From positions 325,727 to 389,726 of the forward strand of contig CASEGJ010000004.1 of the NCBI GenBank assembly GCA_949287425.1: DNA of 64,000 bases, read 5' to 3'. Below the pieces are notes generated by a model. The model ran no database searches. It was not told where the DNA came from and saw only the letters and a program-made list of their open reading frames with translations. The translations under genes and the position numbers were made by a program. The stretch comes from an uncultured Bacillales bacterium. GTDB taxonomy: Bacteria > Bacillota_I > Bacilli_A > RFN20 > CAG-288. This document shows, piece by piece, positions 19,184 to 31,200 of this stretch. Positions within the stretch are counted from its first letter, which is position 1. Every line of letters begins with the position of its first letter.

Positions 19184-19600
19184 ATGAAAAAACGCTGTAT
19201 TTATTGTCATAAGGTAATTGAAGACAATTTAGAAACTTGTCCTTATTGCCAAAAAAAGATCGATTTTAATAATCTATCTGAACAAGAGACTCATGAACTT
19301 CATCAATATTGTCATAATCAAATTACAAAAGGTGGAGATTATATCGATAACGGTTTAACTTTTACTGTTATTGGTGCAATCTTAGCAGTAATTGGTGCAG
19401 TTTTACTCTACGTTTCTAATAGATATAATAACTATGGGAAAAGAATTTGGATATTTACTTCAGTAGAATTTATCGTTGGAGTAGTGCTTCTTTCTATTAC
19501 TTTTGGTTGTTTAGTCTATGGTGGATTTAGAATAGTCTCAGGTTTATTAAAGAAATCTCAATATAAAAAGATAATTGAACAGACAGCGTTTAAAAAGTAA
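19184..19600 (+). CDS. Zinc-ribbon membrane protein (paralog of 8192..8629)
   Basis: 'CIYCHKVI....CPYCQ' plus TM helices. Confidence 0.6.
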   Translation: MKKRCIYCHKVIEDNLETCPYCQKKIDFNNLSEQETHELHQYCHNQITKGGDYIDNGLTFTVIGAILAVIGAVLLYVSNRYNNYGKRIWIFTSVEFIVGVVLLSITFGCLVYGGFRIVSGLLKKSQYKKIIEQTAFKK

Positions 19601-19695
19601 TCTTAGTTAAATTAATTAGAAAATGGCCTCTATGTAGAAATATATAGGGGTCTTTTTAATTATTTTACAAACTTATTGAAATCATTATAATATTA

Positions 19696-20967
19696 ATGAT
19701 GTCTAATCAAGAAGAATATTCTATATATAAAAATAATTTAACTGCCAAAAAAAGCAAAATAATTTACGCATGTTTAGTAGATTATTTTTTAACTTTTATT
19801 TTGACTTTCATTTTATATGTCGGGGTATTAACTCCTATCAATGTGGCTTTACCTATTACTAAAACCAATATTGATGGTATATATAAATCACAGGAAGTTT
19901 TAAATCAAATTGTCGGTTCAACTAGAATTCAAACTTACGATGAAGAAAATAACAATTTAGTCGATATTGAAGATGATATTAATAAATATTTAATTAGTCT
20001 AGCTAAGACTAGTTGTTATGCATATAACAAAGAGTATATTTATTTTGAAAATAATGAATATATATCAAAACCTGTTGAAGGTGAAAAAATTAGTGAAACT
20101 TTTGTAAATGTAAAACAGGGAGATGTTTTATATCCAAATGATAATCTTTCTTATTTCTTTTTAGAATTTAAGTCTAGTCATGAAGAGTTAAATAGTTACG
20201 AAATTAATGGGAAAGATTATTCAAACAACAAAAAAGATTATCTATATTTAGAAATGTTAGATTTTGATAGTTATGATTCATATTTTATTTCTCAAGATGA
20301 ATTTAATGCTTTAGATTTTGTTAATAAAGAAAATATAACTAGATATAACATTTTAAATGAAACTTATTTAGACGATTTTATAAATAGACTTGTCTATGGG
20401 GAAAATAACACAAATGGAAGCCAAATATATAGCGATTTATCTTTATGTTATCAAAATGCTGCTAATAAAGGGGTAGAGCAAATAGAAAATAATTACGAGG
20501 TTTATATTCAGGCTTCAAATCAATTTATAGGTTATTATAACGGATATACTATTTCTCTAATTGTCGTTCAAATTCTTTCTTTTGTTTTAGCTTTTTCAAT
20601 TTTAAACATTCTAGTTCCTCTATGTTGGAAAAAGAAAAAGACTAGCTTAGGTTGTTTCTTTTTTAAGATAGTTTTAATTAGAAACGATAATTACTCGCCT
20701 GGATTTATAAACTACCTAGGCTTAAGTCTATCTAAGTTAATAATGTATTTTTCTAGCGTAATTATCATGCAGTTATTTACTGGTCAGTTCTTTGTTTTAA
20801 CTTATGGCATATCTTCTTTAAATATGTTTTCATTTGTTATCTTTTCTTTTGTTTTAGATATTATTTCATTAATTTTGGTTTTCATTTTAAAAGATCATCA
20901 ATTACTATCTAATTTAATTTCCAATACTATATTTAAAGGGAAGGAAGATTATGCCTCAATTAAATAA
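19696..20967 (+). CDS. RDD-family-like polytopic membrane protein (paralog of 11700..12920)
   Basis: Same architecture: N-terminal helix, long acidic/Asn-rich extracellular region, C-terminal TM bundle. Confidence 0.5.
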   Translation: MMSNQEEYSIYKNNLTAKKSKIIYACLVDYFLTFILTFILYVGVLTPINVALPITKTNIDGIYKSQEVLNQIVGSTRIQTYDEENNNLVDIEDDINKYLISLAKTSCYAYNKEYIYFENNEYISKPVEGEKISETFVNVKQGDVLYPNDNLSYFFLEFKSSHEELNSYEINGKDYSNNKKDYLYLEMLDFDSYDSYFISQDEFNALDFVNKENITRYNILNETYLDDFINRLVYGENNTNGSQIYSDLSLCYQNAANKGVEQIENNYEVYIQASNQFIGYYNGYTISLIVVQILSFVLAFSILNILVPLCWKKKKTSLGCFFFKIVLIRNDNYSPGFINYLGLSLSKLIMYFSSVIIMQLFTGQFFVLTYGISSLNMFSFVIFSFVLDIISLILVFILKDHQLLSNLISNTIFKGKEDYASIK

Positions 20968-21946
20968 GACTAATTTAGAAAAGCCAAAGGTAGAAGTTAG
21001 TTATTCAAAAGCTAGTTTATCAAAAAGAATGATAGCTAGTGTTATTGATCTTTGTTTAATCTTTTTTACTTGTATAGTTCTTTTTACTTGTTTTATTTAT
21101 CCAATAAGAAATCTTCCAATATATACTAAGCAAATAGATATTCAAAATAGTTTAAGAATAGAATCGAATTTATATGTAGATGAAAACACGACTATTTTAA
21201 ATTACGCTAGTAACGATGAAAATCTTTCTAACTATTCTTTAAAGAAAGATTATCTTTCTTCTAAAATAGAAACTTTCTATGCTAATAAAACTTTCTTTTC
21301 TTCTAATAGTGAATATCTATCTTATCAAGAAAGAAAGTTAGAAGCTAAATCTCAAGATGGTTTAAATCTATTTAAAAATGAAAATGACAATATAGTTGAA
21401 ACAAATCAAAAACCAGAAGAATATTATAATTTTTATTATTCTGAAATAGAAAACTATTGTTTTTCATATTTGTTTAATTGCCCAAGTTATGGTGAAGCTA
21501 CTTCTACTATCTTTTTAATTATAGTTATTTCATTACTTATATTTTTAGTTGTTTCCTTTTTGATATATATAGTTATATTACCGACAACTTGTTTTAAAAG
21601 AGGAAGACAGACAATAGGAATGAAGATGTTTAAAATCGCCTTAATTGGTGTAGATGGCATGAATGTCAAATTAGATAGATATCTTTGTAGATGCTTATTT
21701 ACTTTATCTATAATGTACTTTCTAGATTTCTTTTCTTTTTTAATTCCTTTATTTATTTCATTAGGAATGATGTATATATCAAAGACAAATCAAAATCTAA
21801 CTGATTATGTTTTTAATCAATACTATATCGATTGCAAAGATGATGATATCTATCTTGATCAAGGAGAATATTTTTCCAAAAAAGAGAACTTAAAAGAAAT
21901 ATCGTTAACTAATAAAGATATCTCATTAAAAGAAGAAAAGAATTAA
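20951..21946 (+). CDS. RDD-family membrane protein (paralog of 12923..13918)
   Basis: RDD signature 'KRGRQTIGMKMFKIALIGVDG'. Confidence 0.55.
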   Translation: MPQLNKTNLEKPKVEVSYSKASLSKRMIASVIDLCLIFFTCIVLFTCFIYPIRNLPIYTKQIDIQNSLRIESNLYVDENTTILNYASNDENLSNYSLKKDYLSSKIETFYANKTFFSSNSEYLSYQERKLEAKSQDGLNLFKNENDNIVETNQKPEEYYNFYYSEIENYCFSYLFNCPSYGEATSTIFLIIVISLLIFLVVSFLIYIVILPTTCFKRGRQTIGMKMFKIALIGVDGMNVKLDRYLCRCLFTLSIMYFLDFFSFLIPLFISLGMMYISKTNQNLTDYVFNQYYIDCKDDDIYLDQGEYFSKKENLKEISLTNKDISLKEEKN

Positions 21947-22040
21947 TAATAAAACTATAATGCAGTTTATGTTTGTATAAATAGAACTTACTATTTCAAT
22001 TATCTTTAGTAAAAATATTTTACATTAACTTAACTAGCTC

Positions 22041-22070
22041 TTGCTAAAAAGAAAAAATATGTGCTACAAT
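22041..22070 (+). promoter_or_regulatory. Sigma-A-type promoter for the rplK operon (TTGCTA -N18- TGcTACAAT)
   Basis: -35 TTGCTA at 22041-22046, extended -10 TGCTACAAT at 22062-22070; followed by a ~100-nt leader that may be the L1-binding autoregulatory leader. Confidence 0.4.
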
Positions 22071-22177
22071 AAACGATGCTTAGGGTTATTACGCCCTTTT
22101 TGGGTAGCTCTAAGTTGTGGGAGAGTAAATTCTCGTAACCACACACGGATACAATTATATTAAAAGGAGGATATCAC

Positions 22178-22591
22178 GTGAAAAAAGTTCTTAGAACGAT
22201 GAAAATCGAAGCTATGGGTGGGGAAGCTAGCCCTGCCAAACTCGGTCAGAAGCTTGGACCTTACGGAATCGGTGGTAAATTCTGTATGCAGTTTAACGCT
22301 ATGTCATCTGATCGTAAGGGTGAATTGGTCCCTTGTATGTTAACTATCTACGAGGACAAATCATTCGATATTGTCTTAAAGACCTCTCCAGTTACTTTCT
22401 TAATTAAGAAAGCTGCTAACATTGAAAAAGGCGCCAAAGACAAAACCAAATCCGCTGGAACCATTTCTAGAGAAGAAGTTAAAAAGATCGCTGAATACAA
22501 AATGCCTGATTTAGTTGTCGATTCTTTAGAAGCCGCTATTAGAAGCGTTGAAGGTACCTGCAAATCTATGGGTGTCAAGATTGTTGACTAA
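22178..22591 (+). CDS. rplK: 50S ribosomal protein L11 (GTG start)
   Basis: 'MGGEASPAKLGQKLGPYGI...FCMQFNA' L11 N-terminal domain; RBS AAGGAGG. Confidence 0.9.
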   Translation: MKKVLRTMKIEAMGGEASPAKLGQKLGPYGIGGKFCMQFNAMSSDRKGELVPCMLTIYEDKSFDIVLKTSPVTFLIKKAANIEKGAKDKTKSAGTISREEVKKIAEYKMPDLVVDSLEAAIRSVEGTCKSMGVKIVD

Positions 22592-22605
22592 GGAGAATAT
22601 TTAAG

Positions 22606-23289
22606 ATGAAAAAATTAACTAAAAAATACGCTGCTGCCTTACAAAATGTTGAAAAAGGTAAGCTTTACACTGTTAAAGAAGCTTCTGAATTAGTTAAGAA
22701 GACTTCTACTACAAAATTCGATTCTACTGTTGAAATTTCTTTTAATTTAAATCTCGATACTAAACAACCTGATCAACAGTTAAGAGGAACTTTAACTTTA
22801 CCTTATGGCAATGGTAAAACTAAGAAAGTCTTAGCTATTACTGCTAGTAAAGTTGAAGAAGCTAAAGCCGCTGGTGCTGATTATGCTGGTGGTGTCGAAT
22901 TACTTGAAAAGATCCAAAAAGAAAACTGGTTCGATTTCGATGTAATTGTCGCTACTCCTGATATGATGGGTCAATTAGGTAGAATGGGTAGAGTTTTAGG
23001 TCCTAAAGGTTTAATGCCTAACCCTAAATCTGGAACCGTTTCTCCTGATATCGCTACAGCTGTTAAAGAAATTAAAAACGGTAAATTAGCTTATAGAGTC
23101 GATAAAGATGGCAATTTACATCTTTCAGTTGCTAGAGTTAGTTTCGATAGCGAAAAGATCGCTGCTAACTTACAAACTGTTATCGATACTATCGTTAGAA
23201 TTAAACCTAGCTCTGTTAAGGGCAATTATATTAATACTATCGTCGTCCATACTACTATGGGCCCAGCTATCAAATTAGCTATTAACTAG
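22606..23289 (+). CDS. rplA: 50S ribosomal protein L1
   Basis: Length 227 aa, 'RMGRVLGPKGLMPNPKSGTV' L1 signature; immediately follows rplK. Confidence 0.9.
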   Translation: MKKLTKKYAAALQNVEKGKLYTVKEASELVKKTSTTKFDSTVEISFNLNLDTKQPDQQLRGTLTLPYGNGKTKKVLAITASKVEEAKAAGADYAGGVELLEKIQKENWFDFDVIVATPDMMGQLGRMGRVLGPKGLMPNPKSGTVSPDIATAVKEIKNGKLAYRVDKDGNLHLSVARVSFDSEKIAANLQTVIDTIVRIKPSSVKGNYINTIVVHTTMGPAIKLAIN

Positions 23290-23442
23290 TTGATAGCAAA
23301 TTAAATTGGAGCAATCAATAACCATAGACCGTAGCTGTATCTTACTTAATTTGCTACGTAGGGAATTAGATTTATATAAGTTTTGTATCGATCAATAACT
23401 ATATGATTTATGGGTATTGTTGCAAATATATGGAGGTGTCAG

Positions 23443-23928
23443 ATGAATCAAGCAATTCTTGAAAACAAGAAAAAGCAAGTCGAAAGACTAAATTCTGAAT
23501 TAGCTGATGCTAAATGTGCAGTTATTGTTACTTATCACAATTTATCTGTTACTAGCATTAACCAATTGAGAAAAGACCTCAAAAAGAGCGGTGGCAAAAT
23601 GGAAGTCGCCAAAAACACTTTGATGAAAAGAGCTTTTGATGCAAAACATTTTGAAAAGCTTGAATCTCTTTTAAAAGGTCCTAACGCTTTAATTACTTGT
23701 AAAGACCCTACTGCTGTTCTTCCTGCTTTATCTAAGTTTGTTTCTAAAAATAAAGCTATGGAAATTAAAGGTGCCATTATTGAAGGAACCTTCTGTGATG
23801 CTAATAAGACTATGATGTTAGCTACCGCTGGTTCTAAAGAAAATGTCATCTCTATGCTATTATCAGCTTTAGAGTCACCACTTGTTCACTTTGCCTTAGC
23901 TTGTAAGGCTGTCGGTGAAGCTAAGTAA
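23443..23928 (+). CDS. rplJ: 50S ribosomal protein L10 (start adjusted from ORF-track 23410 to ATG 23443 with GGAGG RBS)
   Basis: 'MNQAILENKKKQVERLNSEL' canonical L10 N-terminus; conserved order before rplL. Confidence 0.85.
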   Translation: MNQAILENKKKQVERLNSELADAKCAVIVTYHNLSVTSINQLRKDLKKSGGKMEVAKNTLMKRAFDAKHFEKLESLLKGPNALITCKDPTAVLPALSKFVSKNKAMEIKGAIIEGTFCDANKTMMLATAGSKENVISMLLSALESPLVHFALACKAVGEAK

Positions 23929-23979
23929 AATTAGTCGTCTATTTGTCAAACAATTATTAAGAAAGGAAAAAATTAAATT

Positions 23980-24348
23980 ATGGCAAAATTAACCAATGAA
24001 GAAATTATCTCTTCTTTAAAAGAAATGACTATCGTTGAAGTCATGGATTTAGTAAAAACTATCGAAACTGAATTTGGCGTTACCGCTGCTGCTGCTGTTG
24101 CTGCTGCTCCTGCTGCCAAAGAAGAAAGCGAAGCTCCTAGCGAAGTTTCAGTTATGTTAAAATCCGCTGGCGCTAGCAAAGTTAAGGTCATCAAAGCTGT
24201 TCAAGCTATCACTGGCTTAGGCTTAATGGATGCTAAGAAATTAGTTGACTCTGCTCCTGTTGCTGTCAAAGAAAAAATCTCTCCTGCCGAAGCTAATGAA
24301 TATGCTAAGCAACTCACCGAAGCTGGTGCTGAAGTCGAAGTTAAATAG
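23980..24348 (+). CDS. rplL: 50S ribosomal protein L7/L12
   Basis: Ala/Glu-rich hinge '[14 protein letters not shown]', C-terminal '[15 protein letters not shown]...AGAEVEVK'. Confidence 0.95.
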   Translation: MAKLTNEEIISSLKEMTIVEVMDLVKTIETEFGVTAAAAVAAAPAAKEESEAPSEVSVMLKSAGASKVKVIKAVQAITGLGLMDAKKLVDSAPVAVKEKISPAEANEYAKQLTEAGAEVEVK

Positions 24349-24372
24349 TAAATTTATTAATCTAAGATTGGA

Positions 24373-24414
24373 TTGTACTTCTAGGGTCATACTACCCTAG
24401 GAGTACAATTTGTT
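24373..24414 (+). terminator. rplL-rpoB intergenic attenuator/terminator hairpin (15-bp stem, 6-nt loop, T-rich tail)
   Basis: TTGTACTtCTAGGGT-CATACT-ACCCTAGgAGTACAA followed by TTTGTT. Confidence 0.6.
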
Positions 24415-24551
24415 ATTAAGACTAATAATATTTTAGCCGATATTAGTTTGAATAATTAGTTATTAGTTTACTTAGTAGGCTGTGTATCGACTAAGTAAGT
24501 TAATAAACGGGATCTTAGAATTGTCGTTGGCTTAAGATATGGAGAAAATAG

Positions 24552-27500
24552 ATGAAAACTTTTGAAGAAATTTTTAACAGAAACGACATTAAGTATTTAG
24601 AAAATAACAGAGCTGATTTTTCAAAGATCTCTGGTCAAATTCCACTTCCTAATTTATGTGAAATTCAGACCGCTTCTTTTAAATGGCTCATTAATGAAGG
24701 TATCGAAGAAGTCTTAAAAGACTTTTTCCCAATTAAAAATGGTAATGACGATACCGCTACTATGGAATTGATTTATAATTCCTTATATTTTGGTGAACCA
24801 AAATATAACTATTTTGAATGTAAGGATGCTGATTTAACCTATTCTAAACCTTTACATGTCAACATCGGTTTAAGAAGAGAAGATGGTTCAATAGTTACTG
24901 GGGATATCTTTATGGGTGATTTCCCAATGATGACTGAATCGGGAACTTTTATCATCAACGGTGTTGAAAAAGTTGTTGAATCTCAGATTGTTAGATCTGC
25001 AGGTGCTTATATGCATAAAAGTGAATTACCAGCTACTGCTAGCTATGTTTATGGAGCTGATATTATTCCTCAAAGAGGTACATGGTTAGAATTTTTAACC
25101 GATCCTAAAGAATTGCTCTTTGTTAGAATTGATAAACAAAAGAAAGTTTCTGCTGTCGTTTTATTAAGAGCTTTAGGTTTAGTTCACGATGCTGATATTT
25201 ACGATTTATATGGTACTAAAAACACTTATTTAAATAACACTTTAAAAAGAAATCCTGTTGAAAGAGGTGTTAAAGATGTCGCTATCGATGCTTTAAAAGT
25301 AATTTACGGTAAGCTTAGACCAGGTGAACCTATTCAAGATGATGATGTCGCTAGACAAATTAGAAATCGTTTCTTTGAACATCGTTCCTATGATTTAGGT
25401 CCTGCTGGACGTTTTAAAGTCAATAATAAATTAGGTGTTTACGATAGATTATTGAACAATTTTGTCGCTGAAGACTTAATTGATGTCAATGGTGAATTAG
25501 TTTATGAACAAGGCACTTATATCGATAAAGAAAAAATCGATCATTTAAAAGAAATCAAATTCTTTGAATCAGGTGCTTGTCAATATGAATTCCCAATTAA
25601 GGCTGATTTAGATACACATAATAAAGTTAATATTGTTACTATTTTCGATAAAGAAGATAAATCTAAGACATATAGAATCGTCGGTAACGATTTAAACTGC
25701 AAGGAAGAATTTGTCACTTCTAGTGATATCGTCGCTTGTTTTTCATATTTACTTAACCTTATTGATGGTGTTGGTAATCCTGATGATATCGATCATTTAG
25801 GCAATAGAAGAATTAGATCTGTCGGTGAGCTTATTCAAAATCAATTTAGAACAGGTCTTTCCAGAATGGAAAGAAATATCATCGATAAGATGTCTATTTC
25901 TAAAGATAAAGAATCGGTTACTCCTGAATCTTTAATCAATATTAAACCTTTAACTTCCGCTATTAAAGAATTCTTTAACGATTCTAAATTATCTCAGTTA
26001 ATGGACCAAGTTAACCCACTAAGTGAACTTTCTAACAAAAGAAGAATTTCCGCTTTAGGTCCTGGTGGTTTAACTAGAGATAGAGCGAGCTTTGAAGTTA
26101 GAGATGTCCATTATTCTCACTATGGTAGAATTTGTCCAATCGAGACTCCTGAAGGTCAAAATATCGGTTTGATTTCCAATTTAGCTTGTTATGCTAAAAT
26201 CAATAAATACGGCTTTATTGAAACTCCATATAGAAGAGTTAAAAATAGAGAAGTTTTAAATGAAACTGATTATCTTTCTGCTGATGATGAACGTTTCCAT
26301 ATCATCGCTCAAGCTAATGTTAAATTAATCGATAATAAGATTGTTGAAAATAGAGTTTTAGCTAGACAAAATGGTGAAACTATTATGGCTAATGCTGATG
26401 ATGTCGATTATATCGATGTTTCACCTAAACAGATTGTCTCTGTCGCTACTGCTTGTATTCCTTTCTTACAAAACGATGACTCTACTCGTGCTCAAATGGG
26501 TGGTAATATGCAGCGTCAGGCTCTTCCTTTACTTAGACCTCACGCTCCTTTTGTCGGAACTGGTCTTGAACACAAAGTCGCAACTGACTCAGGATGCGCT
26601 GTAACTGCTTATAACGATGGTATTGTTACTTATGTCGATTCTAAACGTATCGAAACTCAAGAAGGCGAAGATAAACACCCTCAAACTTATGAATTGAAGA
26701 AATTCATGATGGGTAGTCAATCTACTTGTATCAATCAAAACGCCATTGTTAAAGTTGGTGATAGATTTAAAAAAGGCGATGTAATTGCCGATGGTCCTGC
26801 TATGGAAAATGGCGATCTCGCTTTAGGTCAAAATGTCGTTATCGCTTTTACAACCTGGCATGGTTATAACTATGAAGACGCTGTTATTATGTCTCAAAGA
26901 TTAGTAAAAGAAGACACTTATACTACTTTGCACATAGTTGAATATACTGTCGATAGAAGAAAGACTAAAAACGGTAAAGAAACCTTTACTGCTGATATTC
27001 CTAATATATCTGAAAAGTATAAAGCTCACCTTGATGAAAGAGGTGTAATTACTATCGGTTCTGAAGTTAAAGAAGGCGATATTTTAGTCGGTAAAGTTTC
27101 TCCTAAAGGCGATACAGAACTTTCACCTGAAGAAAAACTTTTACAAGCTATCTTCTTAACTAAGACCAAAGATCAAAAAGATACTTCCTTTAGAGTCCCT
27201 CATGGTGGAGGCGGTATCGTTTTAGATGTCAAATATTTCTCACGTGAAAAAGGCGATGAATTAAAACCTAACGTTTTAGAAACTATCAAAGTCTATGTCA
27301 TTCAAAAACGTAAGATTTCTGAAGGTGATAAAATGTCAGGACGTCATGGTAATAAAGGTGTTATTTCTAGAATTGTTAGAGAAGAAGATATGCCATTCTT
27401 ACCTGATGGTACCCCTGTTGATATTTTATTAAATCCATTAGGTGTTCCTTCAAGAATGAACATCGGTCAGATTCTTGAAGTTCATTTAGGTATGGCTTGT

Positions 27501-28208
27501 AAGAAATTAGGTGGATTAAAAGTTTCTACTCCTGTTTTCGATGGTATGACTAACGAAGAAATCATGACTATGATGAAAGCTGCTGGCATGGATGAAGATG
27601 GTAAAACTATCCTTTATTCAGGTGAAACCGGTGAAAGATTCGATTCTAGAGTCAATGTCGGTGTCATGTATATGATTAAGTTAATTCACATGGTCGATGA
27701 TAAACTTCACGCTAGATCTGTTGGACCTTACTCTTTAGTTACTCAACAACCTTTAGGTGGTAAAGCTCAAAATGGTGGTCAGAGATTTGGTGAAATGGAA
27801 GTTTGGGCCTTGGAAGCTTATGGTGCAGCTCACGTTTTACAAGAAATGCTCACTATTAAATCAGATGATATGGTCGGTAGAAATGAATGTTATGAATCCA
27901 TTTTGAAGAATCAACCTATTCCAAAACCTAACATGCCTGAATCTTTCCGTGTTTTAATTAAAGAATTACAATCGTTAGCTATCGATGTTAAACTCTTTGA
28001 AACTGATAATGGTGAAGAAAGAGAAGTCGATATATCTAACATGACCTCTGAAGCTATGAAAAAATCTTTAAATATCAAGCGCAATTACAATAAGATGGGT
28101 CAAGAAGAAGCCCAAGAAGCGATTGATGAAGAAGATGTTTCAAGCGATGAAATATATTCTGGCGATGTTTCAGAACACGATTTGAATCATCCTGAAACTG
28201 AAGACTAA
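24552..28208 (+). CDS. rpoB: DNA-directed RNA polymerase subunit beta
   Basis: 1218 aa; conserved blocks 'GFEVRDVH', 'NMQRQA', '[41 protein letters not shown]'. Confidence 0.97.
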   Translation: MKTFEEIFNRNDIKYLENNRADFSKISGQIPLPNLCEIQTASFKWLINEGIEEVLKDFFPIKNGNDDTATMELIYNSLYFGEPKYNYFECKDADLTYSKPLHVNIGLRREDGSIVTGDIFMGDFPMMTESGTFIINGVEKVVESQIVRSAGAYMHKSELPATASYVYGADIIPQRGTWLEFLTDPKELLFVRIDKQKKVSAVVLLRALGLVHDADIYDLYGTKNTYLNNTLKRNPVERGVKDVAIDALKVIYGKLRPGEPIQDDDVARQIRNRFFEHRSYDLGPAGRFKVNNKLGVYDRLLNNFVAEDLIDVNGELVYEQGTYIDKEKIDHLKEIKFFESGACQYEFPIKADLDTHNKVNIVTIFDKEDKSKTYRIVGNDLNCKEEFVTSSDIVACFSYLLNLIDGVGNPDDIDHLGNRRIRSVGELIQNQFRTGLSRMERNIIDKMSISKDKESVTPESLINIKPLTSAIKEFFNDSKLSQLMDQVNPLSELSNKRRISALGPGGLTRDRASFEVRDVHYSHYGRICPIETPEGQNIGLISNLACYAKINKYGFIETPYRRVKNREVLNETDYLSADDERFHIIAQANVKLIDNKIVENRVLARQNGETIMANADDVDYIDVSPKQIVSVATACIPFLQNDDSTRAQMGGNMQRQALPLLRPHAPFVGTGLEHKVATDSGCAVTAYNDGIVTYVDSKRIETQEGEDKHPQTYELKKFMMGSQSTCINQNAIVKVGDRFKKGDVIADGPAMENGDLALGQNVVIAFTTWHGYNYEDAVIMSQRLVKEDTYTTLHIVEYTVDRRKTKNGKETFTADIPNISEKYKAHLDERGVITIGSEVKEGDILVGKVSPKGDTELSPEEKLLQAIFLTKTKDQKDTSFRVPHGGGGIVLDVKYFSREKGDELKPNVLETIKVYVIQKRKISEGDKMSGRHGNKGVISRIVREEDMPFLPDGTPVDILLNPLGVPSRMNIGQILEVHLGMACKKLGGLKVSTPVFDGMTNEEIMTMMKAAGMDEDGKTILYSGETGERFDSRVNVGVMYMIKLIHMVDDKLHARSVGPYSLVTQQPLGGKAQNGGQRFGEMEVWALEAYGAAHVLQEMLTIKSDDMVGRNECYESILKNQPIPKPNMPESFRVLIKELQSLAIDVKLFETDNGEEREVDISNMTSEAMKKSLNIKRNYNKMGQEEAQEAIDEEDVSSDEIYSGDVSEHDLNHPETED

Positions 28209-28226
28209 GAAAGGGGAAAATAAACA

Positions 28227-31200
28227 ATGTTTGAATTAAATAAACTTACTGCTATTCAGGTTAAACTCGCTTCCCCTGAAAAAATCTTAGAATGGTCTAA
28301 AGGCGAGGTTAAAAATGCTGAGACTATCAACTATCGTACTCAAAAACCAGAACCAGATGGTTTGTTCTGCGAAAGAATCTTTGGCCCTACTAAAGATTAT
28401 CAATGCTATTGTGGAAAATATAGAAAACCTAGATCAGCTGGTATTGTTTGTGAAAAATGCGGTGTTGAAGTTACTACTAAAGCGGTTAGAAGAGAAAGAA
28501 TGGGTCATATTCAACTCGCCGCTCCATGTACTCATATTTGGTATTTAAAAGGAACTCCTTCGAGAATTTCTGTCTTACTAGATATTCCTCCTAAGCAAGT
28601 TGAACAAGTTGTTTACTATGCTTCTCATATTGTTATTAATCCAGGTGATACTGTTCAATTAAGTGAACGTATGGTCCTTGATGAAAAAGATAGCCGTGAA
28701 AAATTCAAAGCTATCATGCAAGAAATCATCGAAAAAGGCAGAACTAACAATATTGAAAAAGCTAAATCAATCTTACATAATTTGGAAAATACTTCCATGT
28801 TAGTTGACTTCGATACTATCGCTAAATTTATTAACGAATGTATCGGTACAGTCTTTGATTGGGGGGCTGGCGCTATTAAATCCTTACTTGAAAAAGTCGA
28901 TTTACAAAAAGAATTTGACGATATTCAAAAAGAATTGAAAAACACCAATTCTCCAAAGAATCAAAAGAGAATTAAATTGTTAAAGCGTCTTGAATTAGTC
29001 GATGCTTTTATCAAATCTAACAATAGACCTGAATGGATGGTATTAACTATTTTACCTGTTATGCCACCTGATTTAAGACCTATGTTACCTCTTGATGGTG
29101 GTAGATATGCCGCTAGTGATTTAAACGATTTATATAGAAGAGTTATCGGTAGAAATACCAGATTGAAAAACTTCCAAGAAATCAAAGCTCCTTCTATTAT
29201 TACAATTAATGAAAAGAGAATGCTTCAAGAAGCAGTCGATGCTTTAATTGATAACGGTAGAAGAACTAGAGCTGTTACTGGTGCCGGTAATAGACCTTTA
29301 AAATCTCTATCTAGCCAATTAAAAGGTAAACAAGGTAGATTTAGACAAAACTTGTTAGGTAAGAGAGTAGATTACTCTGGCCGTTCAGTTATCGCTGTTG
29401 GTCCTACTTTAAATATGGATCAATGCGGAATTCCTAGAGAAATGGCTATTAACTTATTTAGACCATTTATCACAGGAATCTTAATGCAGAAAAAATACGC
29501 TTCTAGTAAAAAACAAGCTGATTATATGATTGATAATCAAGATGAACACGTTTTAGAAGCTATCGAATCTATCATTACTCATCACCCAGTCTTATTAAAC
29601 AGAGCTCCTACCTTACATAGATTAGGTATCCAAGCTTTTAGACCTATCTTAGTTGAAGGAAGAGCTATTAGATTACATCCATTAGTCTGTACTGGATTTA
29701 ACGCTGACTTTGATGGTGACCAGATGGCTGTTCACGTTCCTTTATCTGAAAAGGCTCAAAAAGAAGCTATCGATTTAATGATTGCTAACCACAACATCTT
29801 AGGTCCTAAAGATGGTAAACCTATCTGTATTCCTTCTCAGGATATGCTTTTAGGTAACTACTATATCACTATGGAAAACGATGCTGAAGGTATGTTAGCT
29901 CAAGCTAAATACTATCGTAACTTTAAAGATGATGTTGAAGCTGATAGATATGAAATCTATTCTCAAGCTGAAGGTAGAGTCTTTAAAGACTATAACGAAG
30001 TTATTCTCGCTTATGAAAATCATCAAGTTCATTTGCAAACTAGAATTGCTATCCGCGCTAGTTCTTTAAATAAGACTTACTTAAATTCAGCTATGAAGAA
30101 AGCTTATTTGTTAACTACACCAGGTAAATTGATTTTCAATAGCATTTATCCTAGCGATTTCCCATATATCAATGGTGCTCAAGATGCTAAATTTAAACAT
30201 ACTGGTAGTAAACCTCAATATGAATTAGATGATAATTATTTACCTGAAGGCTTTGTTGCTTATGGTACTGATATTAAACAAGCTATTAAAGATGCTAAAT
30301 TGCATTCTCCAATTTCTAAAGGTGAAATTACTAATATCATCACTGAATTATTCTATCGTTATCAAGCTCAAAAGACTTCAGAAATCCTCGATTTAATGAA
30401 GAATTTAGGCTTTGAATTCTCAACTATTTCCGGTATTACTGTCGCTTTAAGTGATATTTCCGCTGAAACTAGCGATGGTAGTCCATCTCCATTAGCTAAC
30501 AAACAAGAATTGTTCGCTAAGACTGATGAATTAGTTGAACATTATAGACAACAAGCTGATGATGGTGAACTTACTGAAAATGAAAGATATGAAAAAGTTG
30601 TCGCTGCTTGGGGTAAAGTTAGTAATACTATCACTGAAGAAGTTCGTACTCTTATTAATAAAGAAGTTAGAAATCCTGTCTTTATTATGTCGGCTTCCGG
30701 TGCTAGAGGTAAGTTAACTAACTTCGTTCAGCTTATCGGTATTAAAGGTTTGATGCAACGTCCTGATGGTTCTTCAATTGAAATTCCTGTTAAATCCTGC
30801 TTTAGAGAAGGTTTAAATGTCGCTGAATTCTTCATTGCTACTCACGGTGCTAGAAAAACTGGTGCTGATACTGCTTTAAAGACAGCTGACTCAGGTTATT
30901 TAACTAGAAGATTGATCGATGTTTCTCACGATGTCATCGTTAGAGAAGAAGATTGCGGATGTGACCATGGTATTGTTATTAGAGATATCATGTCACGTGA
31001 ACCTAGATTTGACGATGAAGCTAAAGGACAATATCCTGAAGTTAAAGTTAAATTATACGATAGATTAATCGGTAGATTTACCGTTCACGATGTTATAAAT
31101 CCTCAAACTGGTGAAGTGATTGTTAAAGCTAATACAATGATTAGCGAAGATCAAGCTGCTAGTATTATAAACGCTGGTATTAAAGAAGTTGAAATTAGAA

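Noticed and set aside
23410-23442. Upstream ATG proposed by the ORF track as the L10 start
   Set aside because: The ATG at 23443 has a GGAGG RBS and yields the canonical L10 N-terminus MNQAILENKK; the upstream extension (MGIVANIWRCQ) matches nothing.
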